Virus record (IMG/VR): IMGVR_UViG_3300048588_001019 | Span: 1 to 64,000 of that record | Strand: one strand, 5' to 3' | From: a virus | DNA length: 64,000 nt | Shown: one piece after another, positions 29,971 through 40,763 of the stretch | How the letters are laid out: every line of letters starts with the position of its first letter | How positions within the stretch are numbered: the first letter of the stretch is position 1 | Position numbers and translations under genes: made by a program | The notes under the pieces: generated by a model | Told to the model about the DNA's origin: nothing | The model's database searches: none | What the model saw: only the letters and a program-made list of their open reading frames with translations

Positions 29971-30297
29971 TTAGATTTCCGACGGATTGTTTCCAGGATA
30001 GTTGGGATTGACTCGCATAAGCCCTTCCGCATCCACATAAACCATGTTCCTGTCTTCCATCGAGCTGATTGCGCTACGCAAATTGGAGATTGCTTTGTCT
30101 TCCTTCATAACTTGCAGAATATAATTCATAAATATTACCTCCTCTTCTATGCTCATAGCTTCAATAATGTCACGCTTGTAATAAGGTGAAGGATAATAGT
30201 CAGTATAACTGCCCTGGATAGAGTCGGACATCTTGCGCTTAAATTGTTCTTTGAAAAGTTTGCACTTATGACTATAAGAAGCATTTCCTCTATTCAT
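29971..30297 (-). CDS. Hypothetical protein (possible winged helix)
   Basis: Last gene of a low-GC three-gene operon. Confidence 0.55.
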   Translation of the reverse strand: MNRGNASYSHKCKLFKEQFKRKMSDSIQGSYTDYYPSPYYKRDIIEAMSIEEEVIFMNYILQVMKEDKAISNLRSAISSMEDRNMVYVDAEGLMRVNPNYPGNNPSEI

Positions 30298-30331
30298 ATT
30301 TTTGCCTCACAATTCGGATTGATTTTTAGTG

Positions 30332-31612
30332 CTATTCTCTCGAATGTCTAGCATATTCCCAATCCAGAGTTGTCTCGCCTTTTGACCACCAGAATGTTCT
30401 GAAAGCACGTTCAGTAAGGTTCTTAATTGTTGCGCTCCTGCTGCTTTGAATATTGTCGAGCTCTCTGTAGTAAGATTCCAACTGAAAAACATCCTCGCCT
30501 GCCTTGATTAGGTCTATTATCTTTCTAATTGACTTTGTTATGAGTTGGTTGTCGCCTTTTTTTTCCACATAGCTTCCTAGAGATGCCATCATAGGAATCA
30601 AAAACGTACTGGTGCTGTTTGGCAGGATGTTCATGTACTTTGGTTCTTCAGTGTCTTCATAGAATCGATGAATGACCGGGTGAAGCTCATTTGTAATCAT
30701 GGCGACTGCTTTGCAAACTTCGTCAAGCTTCTCGTCGACTATATCCTCTTCTTCCTTTATGCTCCAAAATAAAGAATCCGTCGAAGTGCTCTTAGAAAGC
30801 ATATGATTTCTTTCCAAGAACGCTTGAATAGCCATAATAAGCTCAGCACCTACAAATTGATTTCTCTTCGATCCTGTATGCGAGTCTTTCAAGAAAGTTG
30901 CACCATGGCTCTTCTCGAGGTTCTGAAGTATGTTATGCTGCATTATTTCAAGTTGGTGGTTGAGAGACATGCGCTTTTGCGCGGTGTTGAAAATTATCAT
31001 ATATTTCAATAAATCTTTGATTTCTAGGTTATAATATACTTCCAATCTGATGTGCGCATTCAATACACGGTCTAAGACGCCTTTGTCCAAATGGGGCTGA
31101 AACTCTTCGAACTCAACGGGTTTCAAAATACCTTGCTCAATTATCTTTTCTTTGTGAATAGCAAGATAGAAAGCTATCAAAAAGCACGCATATCTTTGCA
31201 AACCGTCAATGATGGATACTTTGTAATCACCACGTGCAAAAGCCTGAATATCAAATTTAGATAGCTTAGCGGAATCCTTGAGAACGGCTACTCGTAATTC
31301 TGGTATTAGATGTCCATCGAGAATTGAGATTACAAGCTTTTTGTAGATCTTATCCGTCAAATGGTTTTGGAGCTTGCGTTGAAAGAAATTTTCCTTCAAG
31401 CTGGCAATTGGAATGAGTGCATGTAGATAAGTATGAACATGGGTTACAATGGCCCCAGTTCTTATATCCCTGAGATTTCTGTCTGTGCTGATCTCCCAAA
31501 AATCAACTGTATTCCGCGATCTCTTGGACGGCGAAGGTACGTTCTGGGTAGTTTGCTCAATCAACGAAAATAATGCTCTTTGCTTTTCATCAGATGTAAG
31601 ATTTTTTTTCAT
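30332..31612 (-). CDS. ParB/Srx-superfamily protein with a DGQHR/DndB-like motif
   Basis: FFQRKL, IPEL, SIIDGLQR, FNTAQKRMS. Confidence 0.7.
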   Translation of the reverse strand: MKKNLTSDEKQRALFSLIEQTTQNVPSPSKRSRNTVDFWEISTDRNLRDIRTGAIVTHVHTYLHALIPIASLKENFFQRKLQNHLTDKIYKKLVISILDGHLIPELRVAVLKDSAKLSKFDIQAFARGDYKVSIIDGLQRYACFLIAFYLAIHKEKIIEQGILKPVEFEEFQPHLDKGVLDRVLNAHIRLEVYYNLEIKDLLKYMIIFNTAQKRMSLNHQLEIMQHNILQNLEKSHGATFLKDSHTGSKRNQFVGAELIMAIQAFLERNHMLSKSTSTDSLFWSIKEEEDIVDEKLDEVCKAVAMITNELHPVIHRFYEDTEEPKYMNILPNSTSTFLIPMMASLGSYVEKKGDNQLITKSIRKIIDLIKAGEDVFQLESYYRELDNIQSSRSATIKNLTERAFRTFWWSKGETTLDWEYARHSRE

Positions 31613-31623
31613 TGCTAAACCTT

Positions 31624-32025
31624 TTAAAGAAATTTCCTGTTATTAAATTCCTCTACTAACGAGCCGATGATATCGAGGCTTTTCCGGATAGCATTAATAT
31701 CAATACCGCCTGCGCTAACAAAATACTGGTTCTTGATCCATTTTACAGGAGTCCGTTGATATCCATCCACAATGCAATACCACGGAGCATTTATTAGACG
31801 AGCATACAATTGGGGTTGAAATATCGACGATGATCGATTTATTTTTAGTTCTACTACAGCGGCTGTAACTATTTTGCGTCCTATAAGTGCTTCTATTTCA
31901 AGATCGGGAAATAGATATCCAGAGCAATAACGAATTCTGTGACCCTTGACTAGCCACATGTTCAGGCAATTAGGAATTGTTATGCTATTTAACAAAGCCT
32001 CGCAGTAGTCTACCTCTCGCATCAA
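31624..32025 (-). CDS. Small PD-(D/E)XK restriction-endonuclease-fold protein (HsdR_N-like)
   Basis: FPDLE...VVELK...QPQLYARLINAPWYCIVDG. Confidence 0.6.
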   Translation of the reverse strand: MMREVDYCEALLNSITIPNCLNMWLVKGHRIRYCSGYLFPDLEIEALIGRKIVTAAVVELKINRSSSIFQPQLYARLINAPWYCIVDGYQRTPVKWIKNQYFVSAGGIDINAIRKSLDIIGSLVEEFNNRKFL

Positions 32026-32647
32026 AACATCTCCATGAAAACCCTAGCTGGCAATAGATATGAGGTTTAACTAATGCTGTCAATGATAAGTTGTGCTATG
32101 TAAATTGATAGCATGAAGTTTTCTAATAGCCAGCCAGAGGTCCAATTATCAAGGGTTTCATGAACCTGGTTAGGATCATAAAAACGTCTTTTGATATTCG
32201 GTAGATAGAAAATAGTTGCGCGAGATATGCAGGTGACTGCCTCTTGAGTTACAGCCATGGACGAAAATCACAAGGAGTTCGGAGGCAGCGGCAGTATTCC
32301 TGGTCGAGTTAAACGTTGCGGAACAACAGCCGGAATATCAAGTCCTGAGGCTATAAGGAGATGGCCAAGAAGAAGCCAACTTCGACTCAGGGAACTTTCC
32401 CTAATTCGAAGGTGGCAGATTTCAAGAACAGCTAGAAATCCTCGAGATGCTAATGACTTCCACGGTCAAGGGTGCAGAAGTGCATCGAAAGCCCTGGGCC
32501 ATTACCTCACGAGCCATGCGTTTGCATGGTATTGCGAGGTATGGCTTTGGTCAAGCAACAGGGTGGAGGTCCATGTGCGGCTGATTGGCGTTAGGCGTAG
32601 GAATCAAAACGCCAAGTAGAAAATCACTAGCAAATGCCCTTGTGTCG

Positions 32648-32815
32648 ATTCTTGCCTCAATATCGTCGTGTCTTCAGGGTCCTCGTCGTGCATTGTCAAA
32701 GCCAAGGAGGACCTTATGGAAGACACGAAGACCCAACAGCCCCCCAGAAAAGAAGCAATTGCAACCTCTCCAGGTAATTCACTGTACCGATGCTTACGCC
32801 TGCCTGCGGTTCTGA
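32648..32815 (+). repeat. Backbone repeat: MEDTKT small gene, frameshifted copy
   Basis: CCAAGGAGGACCTTATGGAAGACAC shared with 51406-51430; homology to the 51420 copy shifts frame in a C-run. Confidence 0.8.
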
Positions 32816-33179
32816 TCGATGACGGCCTTATGAGCTGACGTTTTTGTTTTGGAAGAACGTAGAACATGGACGCTTAACGGCGAAATCGAATAAGAGCAGG
32901 AGAGCATTGTTGGTTAGAAGTCGAAATAGATTCCAGCTCTCCAACTCGCACACAGAAGAAGCCTTTCGCCGAAAAGAGGAGTTATCTGAAATCTTGATCT
33001 GATAAAGGAGTGCTTGTTAGAAGCAACTTTACTATTCCGAAATAATTGTCTTGATTAGTCGTAATCAGACGAAAACATTAATAGTAGGAGAGGTTTGTGA
33101 CTTGTATTAAAGATACTATTTTAGCTCGTTGATCTAGTTCCGATAGTTGCACTGCGTTAAAAATATCCAAGGAATTGCC

Positions 33180-35216
33180 ATGCACAACGATCTTCGAACT
33201 TCCTTAACCCGTAGCGCCATTGAGAAAGCATTGAGCTACATCGATGGTGGTGGAACGTCTCGATTAGACCGGACAAGTGATTATGTGCTGCAGTCGCGAC
33301 ATAATTCATACCAGCTTACCCAAGTCATAGGCATTGCTTCGAAATGGGCCATAGGAGAATACCTTCAGGATGAGGATTTGCCAGAAGACCTAGATAAATG
33401 GTGTGTTAGCACGTTACGCATGCTGGGCTATTCGATTAGGAAGACCTCAGGAACAGATAATCAAAAAATATGGATAGAAAATGTATTGGATTGCCACGAG
33501 CAACTATCCCCGTTCTGGAGAATAGGGGAGCGGCTCATTGCCCCAATTAATCTCGAATCCAATTCAGCTAACCTTATTAAGAATATAAAATCCGGAGACC
33601 TTGTATTGCATTGCCAAGGTGGAGAATTTGTCGGGCTTTCTGAAGTTGCGCTAGAGTGCCTGCCTGTTATTTGCTCAGCGCCACAAAAAGGCCAATGGAA
33701 AGGATGTCGAGCATTTTTCGAGGTTACTTTGAGGGATTTTCGAAGGTTTTCAAAGCCAGTTCCAAATCCAGGTGGTGAAGCGAATGATTATATATGCGTG
33801 AGTAGCTTAGATGCCTTAGATCATGTTTCGAGTGCTGCATGGTCACGTGAATCGGATGAGATCAGTGATTCAATGAACGTGTGGTTGGTTTCGATAGGAA
33901 GAAATAGAAAAGCGTGGCATGAATTTTCGGAGAAGTCCATCGTCGCGTTAGCAGCAGATCATCTTGGAGACCTTAGTCACTACCCCAGTGCTTCGAGTAT
34001 AGAGGAATCCCTTGTGGCAGAGGGTATCTGTGACAGTCGTGACTTGAAAAAGCTCACAGATGCTTACTTCAGTTTTCGTTCAGGGATGGTTGTCGGTTCG
34101 TGGATCGCTCTAAGGACGGGTGGCAATGAAATTGTGGGCCTAGGCAGGGTTACGTCGGACTACTTTTTCGATTCGACTGAACGTAGGCATGTACGTTCGG
34201 TTGAGTGGCTATCGTCAGAAAAAAGAGTAATACCCAACTTTGAGTTAAGCGAAGATGATTCTGTACAGAAAGTTGAACTAAATAGGTACCTGCATCCTGG
34301 CATTAGGAATGTTCTTAATGCAAGTGGATTGGAGTTTAGTCCAAACATTGTTACAAAGAGTCAGTGCATTTCGAATATCTTCATTCCTAAGGGGTCTTTT
34401 GATGAAATAGTTGCGTCGTTGGAAATGAAGAAAAACATCATTCTTCAAGGGCCTCCAGGAGTCGGGAAGACCTTTGTTGCAAGAGTGATCGCAAATTGTC
34501 TGATGGGTGTAGATGATAATGGAAAAGTTGAATTGGTCCAGTTTCACCAATCTTATGCTTACGAAGATTTCATTCAAGGATGGAAGCCCAACAAAAATGG
34601 TGGATTTGAAATTAGGAACGGAATTTTTTATGAATTCTGCAATAGGGCGAGGTTGCAGCCGAAGAAGCGGCATGTCTTCATAATTGACGAGATTAATCGA
34701 GGGAACCTTAGTAGGATTTTTGGAGAATTGTTACTTCTCATCGAGGCAGATAAGCGTGGCTATAAGCATGCGATACCTCTAACTTATGCGCCATCGGAAG
34801 TCTTCTGCGTACCTCCCAATGTTTTCATAATTGGATTGATGAATACCGCAGATAAATCTGTATCATCATTTGACTACGCTTTAAGAAGGCGGTTTACGTT
34901 TTTTACAGTAGACCCCTGTTTCAGCTCACCTGAAGGAGCTGAAAAATTTAAGAGCTACCTCATATCTAAGAATGTGACGGAAACATGCGTCGAAAAAATT
35001 ATTCGAGTCATGACAGATCTCAATCAACATATTGCTAGTAAAAAGTACGCGAAGAGACTTGGGAAAGGTTTTCAGATAGGGCACAGCTACTTTTGTCCTT
35101 CGGATGATCGTAGCAAGGACGACACTTGGTTTGAGCAAATATGGCAGCATGAAATCATCCCAATTCTGCAGGACTATGGTATCGATGATGACGAAATTAA
35201 GAAAGTAGCTGGATGA
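33180..35216 (+). CDS. mcrB: McrB-family AAA+ GTPase with a multidomain N-terminal DNA-recognition region
   Basis: GPPGVGKT, VQFHQSYAYEDFIQG, IIDEINRGNLSRIFGE, MNTAD, DYALRRRF, IGHSYF. Confidence 0.93.
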   Translation: MHNDLRTSLTRSAIEKALSYIDGGGTSRLDRTSDYVLQSRHNSYQLTQVIGIASKWAIGEYLQDEDLPEDLDKWCVSTLRMLGYSIRKTSGTDNQKIWIENVLDCHEQLSPFWRIGERLIAPINLESNSANLIKNIKSGDLVLHCQGGEFVGLSEVALECLPVICSAPQKGQWKGCRAFFEVTLRDFRRFSKPVPNPGGEANDYICVSSLDALDHVSSAAWSRESDEISDSMNVWLVSIGRNRKAWHEFSEKSIVALAADHLGDLSHYPSASSIEESLVAEGICDSRDLKKLTDAYFSFRSGMVVGSWIALRTGGNEIVGLGRVTSDYFFDSTERRHVRSVEWLSSEKRVIPNFELSEDDSVQKVELNRYLHPGIRNVLNASGLEFSPNIVTKSQCISNIFIPKGSFDEIVASLEMKKNIILQGPPGVGKTFVARVIANCLMGVDDNGKVELVQFHQSYAYEDFIQGWKPNKNGGFEIRNGIFYEFCNRARLQPKKRHVFIIDEINRGNLSRIFGELLLLIEADKRGYKHAIPLTYAPSEVFCVPPNVFIIGLMNTADKSVSSFDYALRRRFTFFTVDPCFSSPEGAEKFKSYLISKNVTETCVEKIIRVMTDLNQHIASKKYAKRLGKGFQIGHSYFCPSDDRSKDDTWFEQIWQHEIIPILQDYGIDDDEIKKVAG

Positions 35217-36280
35217 AGCTGCCTCTAAAAACTCTTTTCTACATGTTATCTTATGCTGGCAACATGCTCGATGAAGCTGATGCGATTGATCTTGAGCTGT
35301 CCGACGACTGTGGTGCAAACGATTTGCTCGCAGATATACTTTGTGGCGGAATAGAGCTGCTGATCCGACGTGGAATGAGTCAATCCTATCTCGAATACTT
35401 GGAGAAAACAGCAACACCAAGAGGGAAGATTGACTTTTCTGCAACGATAAATTCCTCGGCGCTTCAAGTTGGGCAACTCATTTGTGCAGTGGAATGTTTG
35501 TCTTTGAATTCAATCAAACACCAAATTTTGAAAGAGTCACTATATCTCTTATGCGCTAAGGGCCTGCTTTCTAGCAAAATTAGGAAACGGGTTGAGCATG
35601 TTTTGCATGCGTTGAGTGAAGTCGATCGCATAATGCTGAGTGAGCAGATTTGTCTTGATGCTCTAAGGGAGCCTGCACAGCCAATTTATCGCTTCCTACT
35701 AGAAATTTCATTCCTGATATTTGTGTCGTCAAAAGTGGGTGATGCAGGATCAGAAGTAAAACTTGTTGATTTTACCCAAAATGATCGTCTGATGCGAAGA
35801 GTTTATGAAGCATTTGTCAGAAATTTCTTTAGATATGAAACCGACTTCCTAATCCAGGGGCGCCAGACTCCATGGCAGAACCTACTTGCTAGGGGGTCTA
35901 AGGCCGATCTGAAGCTCTTTCCAAAGCTTGAGGCTGACATTAGATTGGCTAGTAAGGATGGTGCACGCAGAATCATTATTGAAACAAAGTATATGTGGAG
36001 GCATTTTCAGATATACAAAGAAAAGAAATCGTTTATATCAGCTCATTTAAATCAGCTCTTTGCTTATTTAGCAAATTTCCAAATTCAAGATCCCGGTCCG
36101 ATGTATGAGGGAATTCTTCTGTACCCTACAAACGGAGAAGTGAGCTTTAACCACTCGTATAATCTTCATGGATTCACGCTAAGAATCGCTACAGTAAACT
36201 TGTTTCAATCGCCTATGGAAATTGAAGAAGAACTTCTTGGTATAGCGAATTGTGAAAAATCAATACGCAGGGTTTCATAA
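35213..36280 (+). CDS. mcrC: McrC-family nuclease
   Basis: ATGA overlap; FYMLSYA, RGKIDF, ADIRL..IIIETKY, HLNQLFAY, GILLYP. Confidence 0.9.
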   Translation: MKLPLKTLFYMLSYAGNMLDEADAIDLELSDDCGANDLLADILCGGIELLIRRGMSQSYLEYLEKTATPRGKIDFSATINSSALQVGQLICAVECLSLNSIKHQILKESLYLLCAKGLLSSKIRKRVEHVLHALSEVDRIMLSEQICLDALREPAQPIYRFLLEISFLIFVSSKVGDAGSEVKLVDFTQNDRLMRRVYEAFVRNFFRYETDFLIQGRQTPWQNLLARGSKADLKLFPKLEADIRLASKDGARRIIIETKYMWRHFQIYKEKKSFISAHLNQLFAYLANFQIQDPGPMYEGILLYPTNGEVSFNHSYNLHGFTLRIATVNLFQSPMEIEEELLGIANCEKSIRRVS

Positions 36281-36287
36281 TTGCAGG

Positions 36288-37106
36288 CTAAGCAGAAATC
36301 TGGTGTTTGCCTTTTACCATTGAATTCGAAAGATTTCTCATATTTGCATAAATTCTAATGCCATCGTTGCTCTGAGCGAGGTATCCAGAGGAAAGGGCCG
36401 ATTTAAGTGTCAAGTCTAATGGTTCATTTGAAAGGAAGAGCGATACAGCTGTGTTGGTCCACTTTAGGTCATTAAGCGAATATTCGAAAGTTGTATCCAC
36501 TGTTGAGCTGAATTGGCTATCACCCAAGCATAGTCCATACGCTAGTGCCTGGGGGGCAATTTCACCATGGCGACGCATCTCGACCACAACTGTTGATTCG
36601 TTTGCTTTTATCGTAGCTAGGTCAGATCCAAGGCGAGCTTCCTTTAGCCATCTCGCTAACGGCCCTCGGGATGTATTATCGACGCCTTTTGAAATCCATG
36701 CAAAAAACATGCTTTCAAACCTTGGACCGAAAACTACGAGTTCACCTTGTGACCGTGTTACTTCGCGATAGAGCCCGCGTATTGCTTCGAGAGCTTTAGC
36801 AGTGCCGAATACATAATCAATCCACAAACATTGCCTGAGAGCAAGTGAGTCTTTGCCTGCTAGTAATGCGATTGGATATACTTCACGATCTGCCTTTGGT
36901 AATGACAGCCATAAAAAAAAGCGGCGTACAAAAGCGTCCCTGGAGCGCGAATCGCCCAAGTCTTCTGGATGGTCTTTAAGTAAAGCGATTGAAGTGCGTA
37001 AGTCAATCCCCTCATTTATTTCCTCATGTTGCCAGATAGTTTTCCAGTGCTCTAGAAGATGGAAAACTGAAGAATAATGAGTTTTTTTTCCAAACGAGTC
37101 AGCCAT
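36288..37106 (-). CDS. Hypothetical protein co-transcribed with the C5 methyltransferase
   Basis: GGGAG RBS; 15 bp after dcm; no recognised motif. Confidence 0.7.
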   Translation of the reverse strand: MADSFGKKTHYSSVFHLLEHWKTIWQHEEINEGIDLRTSIALLKDHPEDLGDSRSRDAFVRRFFLWLSLPKADREVYPIALLAGKDSLALRQCLWIDYVFGTAKALEAIRGLYREVTRSQGELVVFGPRFESMFFAWISKGVDNTSRGPLARWLKEARLGSDLATIKANESTVVVEMRRHGEIAPQALAYGLCLGDSQFSSTVDTTFEYSLNDLKWTNTAVSLFLSNEPLDLTLKSALSSGYLAQSNDGIRIYANMRNLSNSMVKGKHQISA

Positions 37107-37121
37107 TCATCGGCTCCCGGA

Positions 37122-38297
37122 TCAAATTGACCGCTTTAGTGACATTCTTTTGGAATCCAGTCCTTGAAGAAACTCTAGAAGACTTCTTGCGTATGCCTCA
37201 GCTAATCGCACTGGCACTGCGTTACCAACTAAGCGATGTTGTGTTGAAATGCTTCCTCGGAAAATAAAATTATCGGGGAAACTTTGCAGTCTCGCAGCTT
37301 CTCTGGGTGTCACTCGCCTAGCGGGAACTGGAGATGTGTAAACATCTTTTTTTGTATACTTTTCGCTTTCAATGGGTGATGCGCCTTGATCGGTATAGCG
37401 AAGGTCAGGTGCAAGTACTCCACCTAGCGAGGGGTTGGTATCTGCGGGTATAGTTTGAGATGGTAAATAAGGGTCTGGTTTTGGAAATAGTCTAGGGCTT
37501 CTATACTTTGCAGGATTATCTAATATTCTTTGGAGGCGTTCTGGAAGTGTATCTCTGGGAGCATCTCTGAAACAGCCGCCATTGGGTACATGACGCATAA
37601 ATGCTTGTACGCTCAGAGGAAGAGACTTGTAGATATGTGCGTTAATTATAGGAGTAATGTCAAGGGAGCCCTCAGGATCTTGCTTTACTGGGGGAGGAAG
37701 ATTTCCAATGGCGTCCAGAATCGATTTATCTGACTTTTTGACTTTGCATGCTTTTGCTGATGAGATGTCGTAGTCAACTGTTATATCGTTGCGAACTCCA
37801 ACAATGATTAAGCGCTCACGACGTTGCGCGACACCAAAATCGACGGCATTTGCGATACTCACATTAATCCGATATCCTGCAGAAGTAAATGCTGCCTTTA
37901 CTTCATCTAGAGCCATTGCCTGCATTCCACGGACATTTTCCATCAAGAACATTCGAGGTTGTTTGCGTTTAACAATTTGTACAAAATTAAGATACAGTTT
38001 ATTTCTCGGATCATCTAGAAACTGTCGGCCGGCAAAGGAGAAGCCTTGACAAGGGGGGCCGCCTACTATTACTTCGCTCCAAGGAAGATCATCAATTGCC
38101 AATTCGCGGTCAGCTAAGTCAAGACTTTTATTAAGTATATCACTGCCGCCAAACAGTTTGGCGTTGGCCTTGTATGTTTCAACAGCAGGTTTCCAATTGT
38201 CAATCGCGGACACAATATGAAATCCTGCCTGTACGAAACCAAGATCCATACCGCCGCAGCCGCTGAACAAGGATAGTACTGAGCGACGCATAGACAT
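37122..38297 (-). CDS. dcm: DNA (cytosine-5) methyltransferase
   Basis: LFSGCGG, GGPPCQGFS, ENV, QRRER, REAARLQSFPD, GNAV. Confidence 0.95.
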   Translation of the reverse strand: MSMRRSVLSLFSGCGGMDLGFVQAGFHIVSAIDNWKPAVETYKANAKLFGGSDILNKSLDLADRELAIDDLPWSEVIVGGPPCQGFSFAGRQFLDDPRNKLYLNFVQIVKRKQPRMFLMENVRGMQAMALDEVKAAFTSAGYRINVSIANAVDFGVAQRRERLIIVGVRNDITVDYDISSAKACKVKKSDKSILDAIGNLPPPVKQDPEGSLDITPIINAHIYKSLPLSVQAFMRHVPNGGCFRDAPRDTLPERLQRILDNPAKYRSPRLFPKPDPYLPSQTIPADTNPSLGGVLAPDLRYTDQGASPIESEKYTKKDVYTSPVPARRVTPREAARLQSFPDNFIFRGSISTQHRLVGNAVPVRLAEAYARSLLEFLQGLDSKRMSLKRSI

Positions 38298-38650
38298 CGT
38301 TTTCTTCCTGTCAAGAATTCTGAAAGTAGCTTTGCTATTTCATTCTATCATCAACGGAATGCTAAGAAAGGAAGTGGGCATTTTATTCCTACTGTTTATG
38401 CTTGGCTTTGTGTGGTGCGTTAGAAGGAATTGATTGTTTCGATTCCGTAATTGACTGAAAGGAAAAGCAAAATTTAAAGGCAGCCTTAAACGTTTCACGC
38501 ATATAGTCGTGGAGCTCAAGGACACGATGAATTAGCCCTCTTCCTGTGCGCTACGCTGAACTTCGCCCGAGAATAAGCCATTTGCTGGATGCCTGTTTTT
38601 TAAAGAATGTTTTGGATTTGGCGATGATGGTGCAAGAGAATAAGTATTAA

Positions 38651-38802
38651 GGGTCCTTCCTTGGGCTATATTTGCAAGGTTGACGATCAACCGCCCGCTC
38701 CCGCTTGGTTTCAAAAAAAATTTGCGTCACCGGCACCACTTGCCTTCGTGAACGTCTTCAGCTGAAAGACTTCCAGATTAATTCCTGGTAAATTTGTGGA
38801 CA
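38651..38802 (+). repeat. Second, internal copy of the cos-like region
   Basis: GGGTCCTTCC...TGACGATCAACCGCCC...TTTCAAAAAAAATTTGCGTCACCGGCACC...AAATTTGTGGACA closely matches 60269-60419. Confidence 0.9.
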
Positions 38803-38991
38803 CTGCGTCTACCTGCTGGATGCTTTGAGTGGACAGAGAATGCTCGGTTGAGCCAAACACCGGGACGTCAAAAGCAATCGGCCTGATAGCCATGGCGCTG
38901 CTACGAAGGCTAGTGATAAGCGCAGAGGAGGTCCTGCAGTGTTGCAGTTGAATACGATGATTCAACAGAGGCTCTGATTATCCGCAACACC

Positions 38992-39088
38992 TGGAGGTGA
39001 GGATTGGGGCGAATACGGCTATGGATACCTGCACTATGCCTTCATCGAGCATCCGAAGCGGTCCGGAGATTTCTGGACCATCCGTTAA
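38992..39088 (+). pseudogene. 3' fragment of the C1 peptidase gene
   Basis: GGTGAGGATTGGGGCGA...GATTTCTGGACCATCCGTTAA matches 11690-11783. Confidence 0.9.
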
Positions 39089-39549
39089 ATCTGTCGAGGC
39101 CTGTATGCTGATAATCGTTGTGATTGACGACAATCGTACTGACAACTGGTCAGTGGCTGAGATGATCGAGGAGATCAATCGTCTCAGGCAGGCTTTGAAT
39201 CAAACGACTCAGCAGGCAACCAAATCCCTCAAGGCAGACATGCAATCCCGTTTCACCCTGCGCAAAAACTGGGCTCAAAAAGGGATTCGATTCGATCGGG
39301 CAAATCAGGATAGTCTTCAGTCCCGGGTCTTCTCAATAGATCCCTGGCTTGTGAAACAGGAGGAGGGCGAGACGTATAAGCCCTCTGGCCATGTTGCGAT
39401 CCCGAAAGCGGCCCGTCTGTCAGATAAGTCCCTTATTCCGAGCTCCATGTTTCCAAATGCTTTGCGCGGCCGTAAGGATGTCTTCGCATTCGACTTCTCG
39501 AAGAACTTATCCTGGAAGCCTTGGAGTTGCCCCCGGCAAAACATACACA

Positions 39550-40302
39550 TCAATCAGCTGATATAGTTCGGCGATATTCTCGCGGTGACATCATCTTTAG
39601 GCCCTTGTGCGGGGCGTTTTCGTTGTAATCTTCAAACCATGCCGGCAGTTGACAGAGGATATCCTCTTCAGACTTCAGGTCACTAAGATAGGCGTAATCG
39701 CGCTTGAAAGTCTTGACGAACGCTTCGGCCATTCCATTGCTTTCAGGGCTATAAGGGGCTGTTGTGCAGACTTCAAAGCCAAGTCGCCTGCCGAATTCAA
39801 CCGTGTCCCTGGCAACGTAACAAGGCCCATTGTCGCTGAGCCACTGCAGGGCGCGAGGAACTCTGGTCAGGCCTTGAAATCTCTTCTCAAGCGCTTCAGT
39901 CATGAGATCCCGGATCATTTCACCGGAGATGCCCTTCGTTGATGCGATCCAGGTTATGACTTCGCGATCGTGGCAGTCAAGTACAAACGCGATTTGAACG
40001 AGATCTCCGTTCCAGCAGCGCAGCCCGAAGGTATCTGAACACCATCGCAGATTGCTTTTCAGAGTAATGATTTTGCCATCATGAGTGCGGGTTGGTCTTG
40101 TTCCGTGCCTAGCCAATAGCATCCCGCTGGCCTTCATTATTCGATAAACCCGCTTGTGATTGACGGACTGGAATCCTGACGACTGAAGCTCCTTGGAGAG
40201 AAGTCGGGTTACGCGTCGATAACCATAGGACGATTTACGGGAGACAATTTCCTTGATCAAAGGCAATAGGCGAGCATCGTCAGCTCTTTGAACTGGCTTC
40301 AT
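39550..40302 (-). CDS. IS2-like transposase OrfB (DDE)
   Basis: YGYRRV, RWCSD, WLSDNG, SPESNGMAEAFVKTFKRDY. Confidence 0.95.
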   Translation of the reverse strand: MKPVQRADDARLLPLIKEIVSRKSSYGYRRVTRLLSKELQSSGFQSVNHKRVYRIMKASGMLLARHGTRPTRTHDGKIITLKSNLRWCSDTFGLRCWNGDLVQIAFVLDCHDREVITWIASTKGISGEMIRDLMTEALEKRFQGLTRVPRALQWLSDNGPCYVARDTVEFGRRLGFEVCTTAPYSPESNGMAEAFVKTFKRDYAYLSDLKSEEDILCQLPAWFEDYNENAPHKGLKMMSPREYRRTISAD

Positions 40303-40373
40303 AGCGGTCTCTTCCTGATTGAGACGATGGATTAAGTTTGAACGGGATACTTCGAGAGTGTCAGAGATTCGCT

Positions 40374-40763
40374 TTACTCGAAATCGTCCACCCCTTGCAA
40401 TGGCATGCGCGAGATCAGTTTTTTTTCACGACCGATTCGGACGGCTTCCTTAAGAATCTCAACCTCTTCAGTCTTGCGTCCAAGAAGGCGTTCAAGCCGC
40501 TTGACGCGGTCCTCGAGCTTCTTCATTTCGCTCTCTGGAATCACACGCTCCTCGGATCCCACACCTGTCAAAGCTCCATTTTCCATCGCTCGCCTCCAAC
40601 TGAAGAGCTGGTTGGGAGCTATACCATGCTTGCGGGCAACCAAGGAAACCGACATTGCGGGTTGGTAAGTCTCATCCACGATTGCCTTTTTCTCTTCGGG
40701 GGACCAGCGACGACGACGTTGGGGACTGGTCAGAACTTCAACCCGGGACTTGGTGTTAGTCAT
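40374..40763 (-). CDS. IS2-like transposase OrfA
   Basis: RRRRWSPEEK..SVSLVARKHG; A-run slippery site near 40419-40426. Confidence 0.95.
   Translation of the reverse strand: MTNTKSRVEVLTSPQRRRRWSPEEKKAIVDETYQPAMSVSLVARKHGIAPNQLFSWRRAMENGALTGVGSEERVIPESEMKKLEDRVKRLERLLGRKTEEVEILKEAVRIGREKKLISRMPLQGVDDFE

Noticed and set aside
30332-31612. Complete Dnd phosphorothioation system
   Set aside because: No DndA/C/D/E or Ssp genes in the window
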